Source: Hormiphora californensis
Taxonomy: Eukaryota > Animalia > Ctenophora
DNA length: 64,000 nt
Direction: 5' to 3'
Assembly: GCA_020137815.1 (NCBI GenBank)
Contig: CM035352.1
Span: forward strand, 124,001-188,000
Shown: positions 44,698 to 56,509 of the stretch, piece by piece
Numbering within the stretch: position 1 is the first letter of the stretch
Layout of the letters: every line of letters begins with the position of its first letter
Notes under the pieces: generated by a model
Databases searched by the model: none
The model's input: the letters and a program-made list of their open reading frames with translations, nothing else
Told to the model about the DNA's origin: nothing
Translations under genes and position numbers: made by a program

Positions 44698-47600
44698 TGT
44701 GTGTGTGTGCGTGTGTGGGCTTGACCGGTATGTACTGTGTTAGTTGGTGATTTTTTTTTGTGCAATTTTGCAGTCTCGTTAGAGTTTAGTGCGAGCGTTT
44801 TTTTTGGTGTTTTCGGGTGATTGTGAGTCCGAGTGGGCGTGTGTGCGTGTACGCGTGTGGGTGATTGTATGCGTGTGTGCGTGTACGCGTGTGGGTGATT
44901 GTATGCGTGAGTGTTGTGTGTCCGTTTTTGTGTGTGTGTGTGTGCGTGCGGGGGTGTGAGTGTGTGTGAGTGGGTGTGCGTGTGTGTGAGTGTGTGTGTG
45001 TGCAAGTGTGTGTGTATATTCTTTTCTTCCTTTTTTTTAGTCCGAACGAGGTGGTACAATTATTTATTAATTCTCACTGTTTTTCGTTCCATTTATTTTA
45101 AACTAAACTAAACTAAACTGTAGCAGACAGGCAGAGAGAAAAACAGACCCCTCGATTTGCGATCGGTACGATCGCCCCAATTTTGTGTTGAAATAGCGAA
45201 ACTCATTAGTTTTCGGCAATATCATTGAAATTTTCCCAAACGGCCCACTGGGTCATAATTCATATATGACCCAAATCAGGTAAAAAACCGTCTGAGACGT
45301 AATATGCCGGTTGTAACAGTTTAGTCATGTCTCTAGTACACCAATGAGCCGGTTTTTATGTCCCTGATAACAGTATAGCTCACACAGGACGTCTCTAACC
45401 TTTTTGTACCATATAAGTACCACTGGGTCATATATGACCCATGTCATAACACAAAAAGTTAAAACCCGATTTCAGTAAACCCTTTTCGTATAATCTTAGA
45501 CTATTCTGAATCCCTACTTACATACCAACAACCTCCATACCAACATCCCCCATACCACATAGGTATGGAGGGTGTTGGTATGGAAGCGTTTTGTGAGGTT
45601 CAGTGACCTCCATACCAACTCATAGATTATATTTAGAGAGTTGGTATGGAGGGTATTAAAGTCTCTATAACGCTTCCATACCAACTCGATGCAGCCATAC
45701 CAACTTGTGAAAATCCTTGATATCTGGGTGTATGGTACTGCCAATTAGAGCTGTCCCGATATACGATTCAATTACACGACTCATATCACGATACGGTATT
45801 CAAGTGGCTTCGCTTTGGGTGGGGTGTACCTTTCACGTACTGAGTGTGTTTAGTTTAATGCAATACAAACATAAGATATTACAGGAACTATGTTTTGACT
45901 TTACTACAACGGACGACTCGATAATCCTCCATACATCCACCCACTGGCCACTATAGTCATTCTGATCTCCCCGACTGTCCTCGAGTCATCAGAAATGTGC
46001 TCCTCAACCTCTCTCTTCTAATCTTCCCGATTCCCACTTCTTCCAAAATCCCTCCACGTCGGAGACACTTCAAGATCCGGCACGATACCCAGGACAGCGA
46101 TGCCTCTCGCATCTGACTCTGTGTTCGGTACCAATAAGGATTAAGCACTGGGTATCGTGTATGTCGGTTGGAGTAAGACTGAGTTACTGGGGTCTCGCCT
46201 ATATTTTCCATCAAGGCTAGCATGAAAATACTATCAGAATTGTAGACCAAGATGATGGGGAGAACTCAGTATCCCAGGTTCCTAAAACGTCTTTAACAAA
46301 CACACAAACGTAAGATATTACTGTGGTCTGTGTCTTGCCCTCTCCCAACGGCCAACAACTTAAATTAAACCTCCCCTTGCAGCTTGCTCCATCTTTCCTG
46401 GTCTTGGTGTCCCTGTAATAGGTGTCTATACCGTGTTACCCAGCCACTGAAAACTATGCTGCTCCTATAATAGTAGCCTACATGTACTGTTGGTGACATG
46501 GACACATGTGCAAGATCGAAGTCAATTTGTGGAAATATATTACCACCATACCATCACGAGTACCAACACCCTCATACACTCAACTCAACATTATAAGGTC
46601 TAAACCCCTCGGCCCTCCTAAACCTCCATCTAGACCACATGAACATCACCCCTCAAATCTGAACAGAAATAAATCACGTACATACTCATACACCGTCTTC
46701 GTACTAACAACTCTTTCATCCTGAATCCACACTCAGTTTGGTCTGTATGGCTGGTTTCAGGTTTGCTTACTTGCTTTTTATTATGCAAGTATGTAGTTAT
46801 GGAGAATAAGGATCGGTTGATTGTTTATTAGCCGCATATCAGTGAGGAAGTTTTGTTTTCTCCTTCCGGCTGGACAAATGAGTAGACGTAGATTTTATTG
46901 TAGAATAACGCTATCAATTTCGGCGCACAGCACCATCTTCAGGCTATAATATACGGAATACACATGTTAGAAAAACTGTACACATACCAATCGTAAAATA
47001 AAAATTACTGGAAAATTCTAAAGCTAAGCTAATTTAGTGAAATAGTAAAAAGTTGAAAAACTACACGCGGGACTGGAAAAATTATAAAACAAAAAGTAAA
47101 GACTAGGAAATAGACGGGGTTTAAATAGTAAAGAAATAAGATCAGATAGTGAAATAAGATAGGAATCACGCGACTGCTCAAAAAGATATCTAGCTAAAAA
47201 TACTCAATGACCAATATGGCCGTTAGAAAATACTAAAAACTAAAAACGGATAATATTAAGAAATAAGGAATCTAGATAGATCAGTCAACTCTTCTTTTAA
47301 ATTAATAGTAGGCTTCTCTCTGTTAATATAATGATTTGATTTGAAACTAATTTGCAATATATACAGGAGAATTAGCACACATAAAAATATAAATATATAT
47401 AAGTCCCTGTATATAGAGCAGATTAGAGGCAGGTCTAAGTAGACGCTTACGCCGCAGAGTCATACTAAATCAATCTATAGGGTAATGTAGATAATAAATT
47501 AGGTAATATTTAATAAGTTAAAGGTATTGTTTTAATAAATTTTATTTTTATTTATTTTAGATTATTTTGTCCTGTCAGTCATTCACGTCATAGTCATTTT

Positions 47601-50600
47601 GGAGCAAGTGTTTTAGGAAGTAGAAAGATTGCAGTGTTTAGGGAGGAGTCAGGAGGGAGAGCAGCAGCAGAGAGAGGGAAAAAGGAGAGATATAGAGGAG
47701 AGAGAAAGAAAGAAAGAGAGTGTAGTAAAGTGCTTCACAGCTGTACTTTCCATACGTCTGGGATTAGAGGGCTAGTGATAGTAGTACAAGTAGTAGAAGA
47801 TAATTTAGGTTATTCCATATTCTAGCATGTGGTTTTTGAGTTTAATGGAAAAAAGTGAAGGGTTGCATATTTCTCTTAATGACAATGGGAGTAAGTTCCA
47901 GGCCAAATGTGTTCTGTAGAAAAATGACTGCTCAAATGACTCAAGTCTAGCTCTCTCGGTGCAAACAATATGAAGGTCATCTCTCTCACTCTGGAATCTC
48001 GTTGTTCTAGTAAAATCGGATTGTCTGTCATACATGTGTAGGTATGCAGGTAGTTGCAGAGGAATGTGAGAATAAACTATTTTGTGCAGAAGAGATAGAT
48101 CGGTGTAAAGGAATTTGAGGGACATCGGAAGTAGTTTCAGTTCACATAATTTCTCTCTATATTCAGTGTCAGTGTAGCTAGCATATTGTTCATTAAGAAT
48201 AAATTTCACAGCCCTTTTTTGTATCTTTTCGAACTTACTGAGACCATTTTCACCTGAAGGTCTCCAGATTGGTGAACAGTGTTCAAAAAGTGACCTAACT
48301 ATAGCTATGTAAAGAGTTCTTTTAGCTTGTGTCTGACAGACCATATTGCAGTGCCGTTTGATTAAGCCTAGTTTTTGTGAAGATTTTGATACAATAGATT
48401 CAATGTGATCAGTGTAGCTTAGTTTGGCCGTCATAATCACCCCCAGGTCCTTTTCTGACGATGTACACTCTAATTCTACTCCCCCCAACATGTATCTAAT
48501 ATCTATAGCATCGCGTTTATATGTGCTCCGTATTACCTTACATTTAGAGGGATGGAACTTCATTTTGTTTGCAGTGCTCCACGCTTCTAAATTATCTATA
48601 TCTAACTGCAGACTGTCGTTTTGACATCTAATTTCCCGCCAAATCTTGAGGTCATCGGCATATAATTTTATTTGGGTACCATCGCCTACACTATCGACAA
48701 TATCGTTTATAAATAGGACAAATAGAAGGGGGCCTAGAATAGAACCCTGAGGTACTCCGGATGTTACAGGAGTCCAGTCTGAGAAAGTGCCATCTACCAT
48801 TACACGCTGTCTTCGATTTTGGAGATAAATTTTTATAAAATTTAGCAGCTTACCGTCTATATCGAATTGGTTCTTAAGTTTTTCTAATATTAAGTCATGA
48901 GAAACACTATCGAAAGCCTTAGAGAAGTCAAAATAAACTATATCAGTTTGGAGATGATTGTTTAGATTATAGGCAAGTTGACTAGAAAATTCAATAAGTT
49001 GTGTGTTACATGATTTATGAGGGACAAAGCCATGTTGATGTATCGTTATTTTGTCTTCACAATGAAAGTAGAGCTTGTCCCTGACTAGATTTTCAAAGAC
49101 TTTCATAACTAAACATGTGAGAGATATGGGCCTATAATTCCTAACATCATTCTTGGCACTCTTTTTGTGTATAGGGACAACATTTGCATCTTTCCATTCG
49201 GCAGGAATAATGCCAGCATGAAAACAGCTATTGAAGAGTAAGGATAGTGGTTTACTAAGAGAGAATCTACATTTCTTTAGGACAATGCCCTCTATATTAT
49301 CTGGACCAGAGGCTTTAGATGGATCTAAATTTTTGAGTACTTTGAAAACATCACTTTCCATAAAATAGGTGTCGTTACAGTCCGAATGATTGTTTCTACT
49401 ATAATTAACGTGAGTTTTGTAATCACTGCTGCCCGAGAATTGTTGACTAAAAAAGAAATTAAACATGCTACATTTATCTTCTGATTTGGTGGATGTTGTA
49501 TTTTCATTATGTAGAACGTCAGGGATTCTAGTACTATGTGATAGAGATCCAATGTGTTTGTACAACTTTTTAGACACAGAATTTCCAGAGCCTTCGTCAG
49601 TGAAATAACTTGCCATTTTATTTTTGACCATTTCCCTATATGACACTTCAAGTTTTAGGAAAAAGTCTTTAAGAACAGGATCTGACCCAGAACTATTAGC
49701 TGCCTTTCTAGCTCTATCGAGTCTATTTTTTAGATTTTTTAGCTCGCTGTCATACCATGGGGGTTTATCCCCGACTTTAACAAGAACCATAGGAATATGT
49801 TTTCTAAGAATTATGTCCAGTTTTGATTTAAAGATGTCTAGCTTTTCTTTAATTGTACGGTTTCTAAAAATAGGCCCCCAGTCAACTTTACCTAATTCAT
49901 TATTTATACTATTCCAGTCCGCCTTCTTGTAACAGAATTTTCTCACTTTTGTGACAGACTTGGGTTTCTTGATTAGGGAGATATCAGCTGTTAACGTGAA
50001 ATGGTCAGAAGAAGTAAGGAGGTTTGGTTGGATGGAGTGCTTGAGAAACATGTCAGGTTGATTAGTCATGATGAGGTCAAGAATATTACCTGACTGATGG
50101 GTAGGATTGTTAATTAAACAAGTTAGAGCTAAGTTATCGAATATCTCTAGGAACCTAGAGTGACTGGAGTTAGAAGTAACGGGTGCATTCCAGTCCTTAA
50201 CTGAACTTAAGTTCAGGTCACCTATAATAGCTATGTTGCTATATCGTCTTATGAGTTCTAAATAATATTCTTCTACTGAGTCTGCGTGCTCAGACTTACT
50301 ATAATCATATCTATAATATGTTGAGATACAAAGTTTATGCCCATTTTTTGCTTTAACAAGTACACTTAGAATAGGAAGATCTCCCGAATTACCCTTATAC
50401 AGAGAAACTTTAAATCCAGCATTGTTTTTACATAAGATCATTACACCCCCACCCCCCTTTTTATTGTAGTATTCTTTATCACCTGCAGTTCTATCCTTTC
50501 TATAAACTGTGTAGTACTGATCCAATACCACTTCGTTATCTGCTATATACTTAGAAAGCCATGTTTCATTTAGAATAACTATATCGGGGGTATAAGTGTA

Positions 50601-53600
50601 TAGGTATGCCCTTAGATCACTTAGTTTATTAGCCTGGAAGGTTGGAGTTTTTGAGGTCATAGAGTTCATATGTATTAATCCCTGGATGTTACAGTAAACT
50701 ATTTTTAAGGAGTCTAGCTTCATACTTTGTTTTGGGCCAGGATTGGTAATGCTAGGGTTGACTATCACTATGAGTAGCAGTGCACAGCTAGCTACGAAAA
50801 ATAATGATACTAGCGATTTGACTAATAGTTTCAGGAAATAACAGTGTTTTGGATATTTTATATCATTTCTTTTAGAGGATATGTTGCTACTGGATGTTAT
50901 GCATGAAAAGTATGCCATTTGTATTGCTAAATAAAGAGGATGAATATGCTTCTATAATCTTTCTATATAAGATACGTGACTCTGTTGTAATACTCCCCCC
51001 ACAGTAAGCTGCTCCATTGTCAAGGGGCCGTGAGCTACAGAAGATGTTACGTAGCTTGGTACCTGGAGTAAATACTGTTTTGATAGGAAGAGAGCGGCTA
51101 GAGATAAACTTCTGGATCGATAATGAAAATGATTCAGAGATGTAAGGCAGTTTCAAAATAACACAGTCCTCCACCTGCTGCTTCTGACCCTGGTACAAAC
51201 GACAGCTCTGTTGTTGTGCGAACTGACGAGGGTTCTGGTACCCATTAGCAATCAGCAGGTTGTCCACTATTCTCAGGGATGCCTCCTCTTGTTCCGAATC
51301 TGATGCACTTAGCCTCGCTGTGGCGTAGAAATTACGGAAAGTTTGGATTTTAGTGGAAATAGGGTGGTGACTGTTCGCGTGCAGTGTGATATTCTTGCGA
51401 GCCTCCTTGCGGTAGAAACGCGTCTGCACCTCCCCAGATTCGGTGACCCGGATGTTAGTACCCAAGAAAGGTACAAAGTCATCACCCTCTGGAAAGTCAA
51501 CCTCCCATTTGATAAGATGGTCCGGATCCTGCTCACCTATCTTATCAAAGAAACACACTGCCTCCTCTCTCGTATAACATACGGTACAGGCATCATCAAT
51601 GTACCGCCCATATAGAATAGGCAAGTACGATACGTCGGTGTAGAGGGTGGCTCTCTCGAACATAAAAACTCTCACCACTGCTGCTATGGGACTAGGGGCA
51701 CATCCCATGAATAGCCCCCGGAGTTGTTTGTAGAGGCGCCCATCATACGTAAAGAATGAACTCTCCAGTACCAGACACTCATGGACATCTACCAACTCTA
51801 GACCCCAGTGTCAAAGTTCGGGTATCCAGGGATCCTGGCTGCTAGTCAATTTTACCGCCAAAATATCTAGTCAATTTTCTAAAATGGGAAAATTATAGTG
51901 AGAAATTGAGAAAATGGTATATTGACTGTTGTACTTGTAGCACATTTAAAAAAACAAGGTAAATAGGGATGACAGACTTTAAATCACCATCTATGTATTT
52001 TCTCTAATTTACAGAGCATTGTTTTGCTCTGATTTTCACCACCTCCATTCTTACATTTTCCATCAGTGGTGTAGTGGTTACACCATGGACTCTCACCCCG
52101 ATGATCATGGTTCGAATCCGAATGGGGTGATTTGGCTTACTTTTTACTTTCATGATTTTTTCTCTCTTTATTCATACCAGTGTGTTGTAACATGACACTG
52201 ATAACATCACAATATCAATATCATAGAAGAACGCTTGTCAGTGCATATGTGTGAGATCTCGCTGATCGATGTCAGGATCTCTAGTCGGTAGAGAGGGAGC
52301 CTAGGAGGTAGCCTGTGATAGTCACGGATCCCGCAGCGCACGATCAGCTAATTGCTGAAAAGTCATGCTTTGTAGACTAGAGATTCAAACATTATATAGA
52401 GCGCTGAATAGTGAAATAAGCACAAGGTTGGTGGTCGAGTGGTATGTTTATCGCCTATCAAGCGGGAGACCCGAGTTCGATCCTCAGGTTTGACAAAAAT
52501 CCAAAACATAATTTTTTTAAATTTTTTTAAATGTAACCCTTTGTTATTATATTACAATCTAGTTAATTAATCGATGTGTTGAAACTTAATTCATAAAATA
52601 GAACAATTTGTTTCCATCCTAGTCATTTTTTTTTAATAAATTCAGGATCCTAGTCGGATTGAGATACTTTGACACTGGGCTCTAGACCCCTTAGGTTCAA
52701 GACGTCCAAGTGTTCCTCGGCAAAAGATACCAAGGACGATATACATGCCTGTATGTTCAGGTTGGTGTAGAGGGCACTGATATCTCCACTGCAAAACTTC
52801 TTACCACGGAGAACCTCTGGTGACAGATCTCTGAGCCATTGTAGATGGGTATGGATGTTTTTCAGGTGTGGAGAGACCTCATCAAGCAATGGACTCAGGA
52901 TGGAGGTTATTAACCAGGCTAGTTTAGCGGTGGGTGAGGTACAATAATTGGGGCCATTATGGGCACATTGAGACTGGTAGCTGGCTACCCTGACCCTAAC
53001 AAGGAAGGCGGTATTTTCGAAGCTAAGAGGATGGTCCACAGCTACCTGAAGAAACTCGAAACCAACAAGAAGAACAAGTTCATTGCTGAAATGGCTGGAT
53101 TGTTGTGGTACAGGGCTCTCCCACTAGCCAAACATGCCCGGAGTATGATAGAGAAGGCAGCGGAAGAGGAAATGGTGAGTTCAGACTTGTTTGAGCAGCT
53201 AGAGGAAGAACTCAGTACAGCTAAAGTCCAGCTAGATGATGCACGAGATTAGCTACTACAGGAGACAATGCAAGATCAGCGCCCTGCAAGATGAGGTGAG
53301 CTCACTGAAGGATACTGTTATCTCTTTGAAAGATAGTATGCTAGAGAGGAGCGTAAATGCTGTTCAGACAGTCGTCAAAAATGAGATTCAGAGCTACTCA
53401 ACAGTACTCGAAACAGCCGCTGCTGCAGTGAATGAGGCATGCACATCTGCCCTTGCCACTAGTAAAATAGGGTCTGCTATTGCCAGTGCATCAACCGACC
53501 GCAGCAGTGATATGATTGTATATGGCTTGTGTGAGGATGAGAGGAGTAGTGACAGTGACAAGGTAAAGGAGCTGTTCCAGTATCTTGAGGAAGCACCAGT

Positions 53601-56115
53601 CCTTTCGAAGGTTGAGAGGCTTGGAAGGAGCAGGGAGGGAGGTTCTCAGCCAGTGAAGGTGGTTCTGAGGAGTAGAGAGAGTGTCAGGGATCTCCTGGGT
53701 AAGGCAGCACGGCTAAAAGAGTCAGAGATTTACCGGGCAGTGTTCATTACCCCTGATAGGACTTTAGAGGAGAGAGTAGAGAGAACATTAGTTGCTAAGT
53801 TGAGAGAGAGAAGAGAAGTTGAGCCAGAGAAAGTTTGGTCTATTAGACGAGGGTCAATTGTGGAGAATGCAAAAACTGAGAATGATGTGTGAGAGGTTAG
53901 AGCTGAGAGAGTGAGTTTAGAGATTTTAAGGTAGTGTGAAAGATTGGGTCGTGCGCGCCAAATGGCGCCGTTTGGCGTGCACGACCTGATCTTTCATACT
54001 AGTACCGATTTTAACATTCTTCATTCTCCAGATATCATTATATATTTACATCCTTGTTGTTTGAGAACCGTTTCTTGTAAGGACATGGTGGGGGCCAGGG
54101 TGGGGTAACGGGGTCAACGCACACAAAAGTCCTTACCCGACTTCGTGCAATTGGTCTGGTTACGCCACTCTGAACCCTCACCCAATTTGGTCCGTGTGGT
54201 TCAGTTTTCATGATATTATCTAACTATATCTAATGCAAATTTGCATGGAAATGTGACACCCTATCGTCAATGTGACGACGTGATCCGTCAATGTGACGAC
54301 GTGATCCGTCAGCGTGACGACATGATCCGTCAGTGTGACGACGTGATTCGTAGGTATCACGTATCACACGTGTTGAGAACTGCTTGCGACTTGAGGGGTC
54401 ACATCACATGTATAAAAGGGAGAGAAAGAGAGAAAAAGAGAGGGATCACATCACATAGCATATAGCAGACAGGCAGAGAGAAAAACAGACCCCTCGATCG
54501 CCCCAGTTTTGCTAGTATATTTAATTGCGGCTCAGTGCCACTACCCACCGTGGTAGCTTTGATTGATTGATTGATTGCTCAGAAGAGATCGATCAAATGG
54601 ATATATGGAATCAGTCACCTCATTAGTTGGAACGACGATACTTACTTTAGCAACTTAGTTTCTCTAAATATCTTACCTATTCATCTCCAACTTAATTTCA
54701 ATGATATGAAATTATTGTATAAAGTACTTAACTCTCTAGTTCCTGTTAGTTTACCTAATTATTTACATATTAAATCCCCCTCTGACATTACTTACACTAC
54801 TAGATCTAACTTAAATGTAGTTAATATAATAATTCCGATTACACTACTATCTGCTGTTCGGTTAAAGCCACTAGTGCGGTTTTTCGGAATAGTTTCTTCC
54901 ATCGTAGCTACATCTATTGGAACTCTCTTCCTTTTACTATTAGACAATCGCCTACTTATTCTTCTTTTTATTTTCACCTTAAAAAACATTTATTCAGCTC
55001 CATGTCTCCCCTCTCCCCTAACACTTCCTAGGTACCTGATACTCCGGTTCTAGTCCAGCTATCTGACGACGGCGCCTCTCTCATATCCTCGACTCTCCTC
55101 CGACCCACACAACGCGGCCTTCAATCTAATGCAGTGGTGTTTGAGCAGAAAGGACTTTTTAAATTAATATATATTTTGGACTGCTATTCACTGGCTGAAT
55201 TATATTTATCTAATATGGCATAATTTCCTTAATAGACCTAATACTGAATCAATAAGTTGACCAATCGGCTGTTTTTGAGTCGCATAGTTTTGATACAATG
55301 AAATAGTGTTTATTTAGGACTGTAGACGACTCGGAGATTTATTTCAGGAAAGATAATACGGGACGTTTAACGTCATCATCAGCTCAAATTAATTTGTTTA
55401 AAGTAGTGTTGAAAAGTCTAGGGACTTACTGACTACTTTTAGTGAAGGTCTCGTGCGCATGGTTATCTAAAAATTCCTGCATTTGATTCCTGCATTTGAT
55501 ACAGTGTTAAAATCAGCTCTATTGGCGAAATTAGAGCATGAATAAGCCAATATAAAGATTTTCCACCCAAATCTGAAATTTGGAATAGAAAAGTTTCGAA
55601 ACTTTCCTTGTGACTTTTTTCAAAAATTCATTTTACTAAGCTAATTTCGAGTTTCTTGGCTGCTTGAATGAACAAGTTAAAATAAGCTTTTATATAGTAA
55701 TTTGACCACAAATGTCTCAGAAGTTTGGCGAAAACCCTATAATTCCACGTCAAATAGCATTTTGCCCCACTGTTTGGTGATACAGTCACCCTTAAGGGTG
55801 ACTGTATCACCAAACAGTGGGGCAAAATGCTATTTGACGTGGAATTATAGGGTTTTGTAAGGCCTTACAACTCGTGCGCGTAGCGCTCCAAAACGAAGCC
55901 CGTGCAGAGAGGTGGCGGCGCCACCAACCCCACTGTGCACCTTGTGTAAGTTTGGAAAGGATAGGAGGAAAGTTGTTGGAGGTTGGAGTTGCTGATAGGA
56001 CTGAAGAAGGTGCCATCACGTCTTGAGTAGGAATAAAGCGTCGTCTTTTCATGGGAAGTTCAGGGATTTCAACAAGACAATCATGTCTGCGCTTTAATGT
56101 AGCCGAACACGCCAT
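39908..56115 (-). CDS. akirin: Akirin (exon 1 56115-55941, exon 2 40078-39908; last exon not found)
   Basis: MACSATLKR...MKRRR N-terminus; KLTQ|[13 protein letters not shown]; [34 protein letters not shown]. Phase-1 GT-AG junctions are consistent. Confidence 0.88.
40209..40933. mobile_element. MITE with ~60-bp TIRs
   Basis: attataccaaaactaattgaaattagtaggccggaaaggttgcc... pairs with ...ggcaacctttccggcctactaatttcaattagttttggtataat. Confidence 0.8.
41323..41965. mobile_element. Kolobok-like MITE (TTAA TSD, AGG...CCT ends)
   Basis: ttaa|aggtattcttcggg ... cccgaagaatacct|ttaa. Confidence 0.75.
42282..45460 (-). mobile_element. Degenerate piggyBac element with long inverted arms; transposase remnant ~43100-43690
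   Basis: [21 protein letters not shown] and [13 protein letters not shown]. Arms 42624-43073 vs 43725-43885 + 45183-45441; repeated gggtcatatatgaccc palindromes. Confidence 0.8.
44124..45119 (+). mobile_element. 5'-truncated RTEX-like LINE with (AAACT)n tail, nested in a Helitron-like element (43886-45185)
   Basis: [39 protein letters not shown]; both flanks match the intact element at 54219-54515. Confidence 0.75.
46905..47345 (-). mobile_element. Penelope-like 3' end with minimal hammerhead-like motif (46905-46946)
   Basis: [16 protein letters not shown] resembles the GIY-YIG C-terminus; CTGAAGA-TGGTGCTGTGCGCC-GAAA-TTGA-TA followed by AATAAA. Confidence 0.55.
47805..50918 (-). mobile_element. 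CR1/Jockey-group LINE ORF2 (APE endonuclease + RT), intact 1037 aa; A-rich tail near 47540
   Basis: NETWL, GGGV, GDLN, LDL, SDH; [35 protein letters not shown]. Confidence 0.95.
52059..52130 (+). pseudogene. tRNA-Glu(CTC)-like remnant
   Basis: A box TGGTGTAGTGG, loop ctCTCac, B box GGTTCGAATCC; stems degenerate. Confidence 0.55.
52424..52494 (+). pseudogene. tRNA-Asp-like remnant
   Basis: TGGTCGAGTGG, cgcctATCaagcggg, GAGTTCGATCC. Confidence 0.5.
52975..53892 (+). mobile_element. LINE ORF1-like protein (coiled coil + RRM/CTD), frameshifted, no ORF2 following
   Basis: [45 protein letters not shown]. Confidence 0.75.
54219..54515 (+). mobile_element. Short Helitron-like element
   Basis: A|TC ... 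CTAG|T; internal 21-bp tandem tgtgacgacgtgatccgtca; second copy at 43886. Confidence 0.65.
54575..55000 (+). mobile_element. CR1-like LINE 3' fragment
   Basis: [25 protein letters not shown], homologous to the C-terminus of the 47.8-50.9 kb ORF. Confidence 0.7.
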
Positions 56116-56509
56116 TCTAATAAAATATATGGAGATTAAACGTTATAAACGCATATATAATTTGCCAAGTTAGACTGTTATAAAATAAAAGAGTTTGTAC
56201 AAAACAACATATAATTGCTTCTAATTTTTTGCTCAGCTATTCAGCTTAATAAGTTTTGCTGCTTCAGCTCGCTGCTGATCCCACCCTTCGTTCAAGTTTA
56301 CTTTTAAAAGGGCAATTTTAGCGGCAATTAATGATGAATTATTTAATGCGGGATATTGATTAGGGAGATTCGGAAATCTGATACTGGCAGGTTTTTAAAG
56401 TGAGAGTGGACCGACACAAAATTGGACACGATTATTGTAGGTAGTAGAGATTATTTCTCTGAGCATTTTGTTTTTTTCCCGCTTAAAATTGGCCCCTCCA
56501 TCACGGTGT

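Larger units (their letters stand above)
51804..52679. mobile_element. hAT-like MITE (TIR cccagtgtcaaagt, 8-bp TSD ctctagac) containing two tRNA-like sequences
   Basis: TSD at 51796-51803 and 52680-52687; removal restores the Penelope frame RGLE|LVDVHE. Confidence 0.85.
51020..52955 (-). mobile_element. Penelope-like RT, split by a hAT MITE and interrupted by the LINE
   Basis: [50 protein letters not shown]. Confidence 0.85.

Noticed and set aside
52059-52494. Functional tRNA genes
   Set aside because: Acceptor and T stems do not pair properly and both lie inside a MITE.
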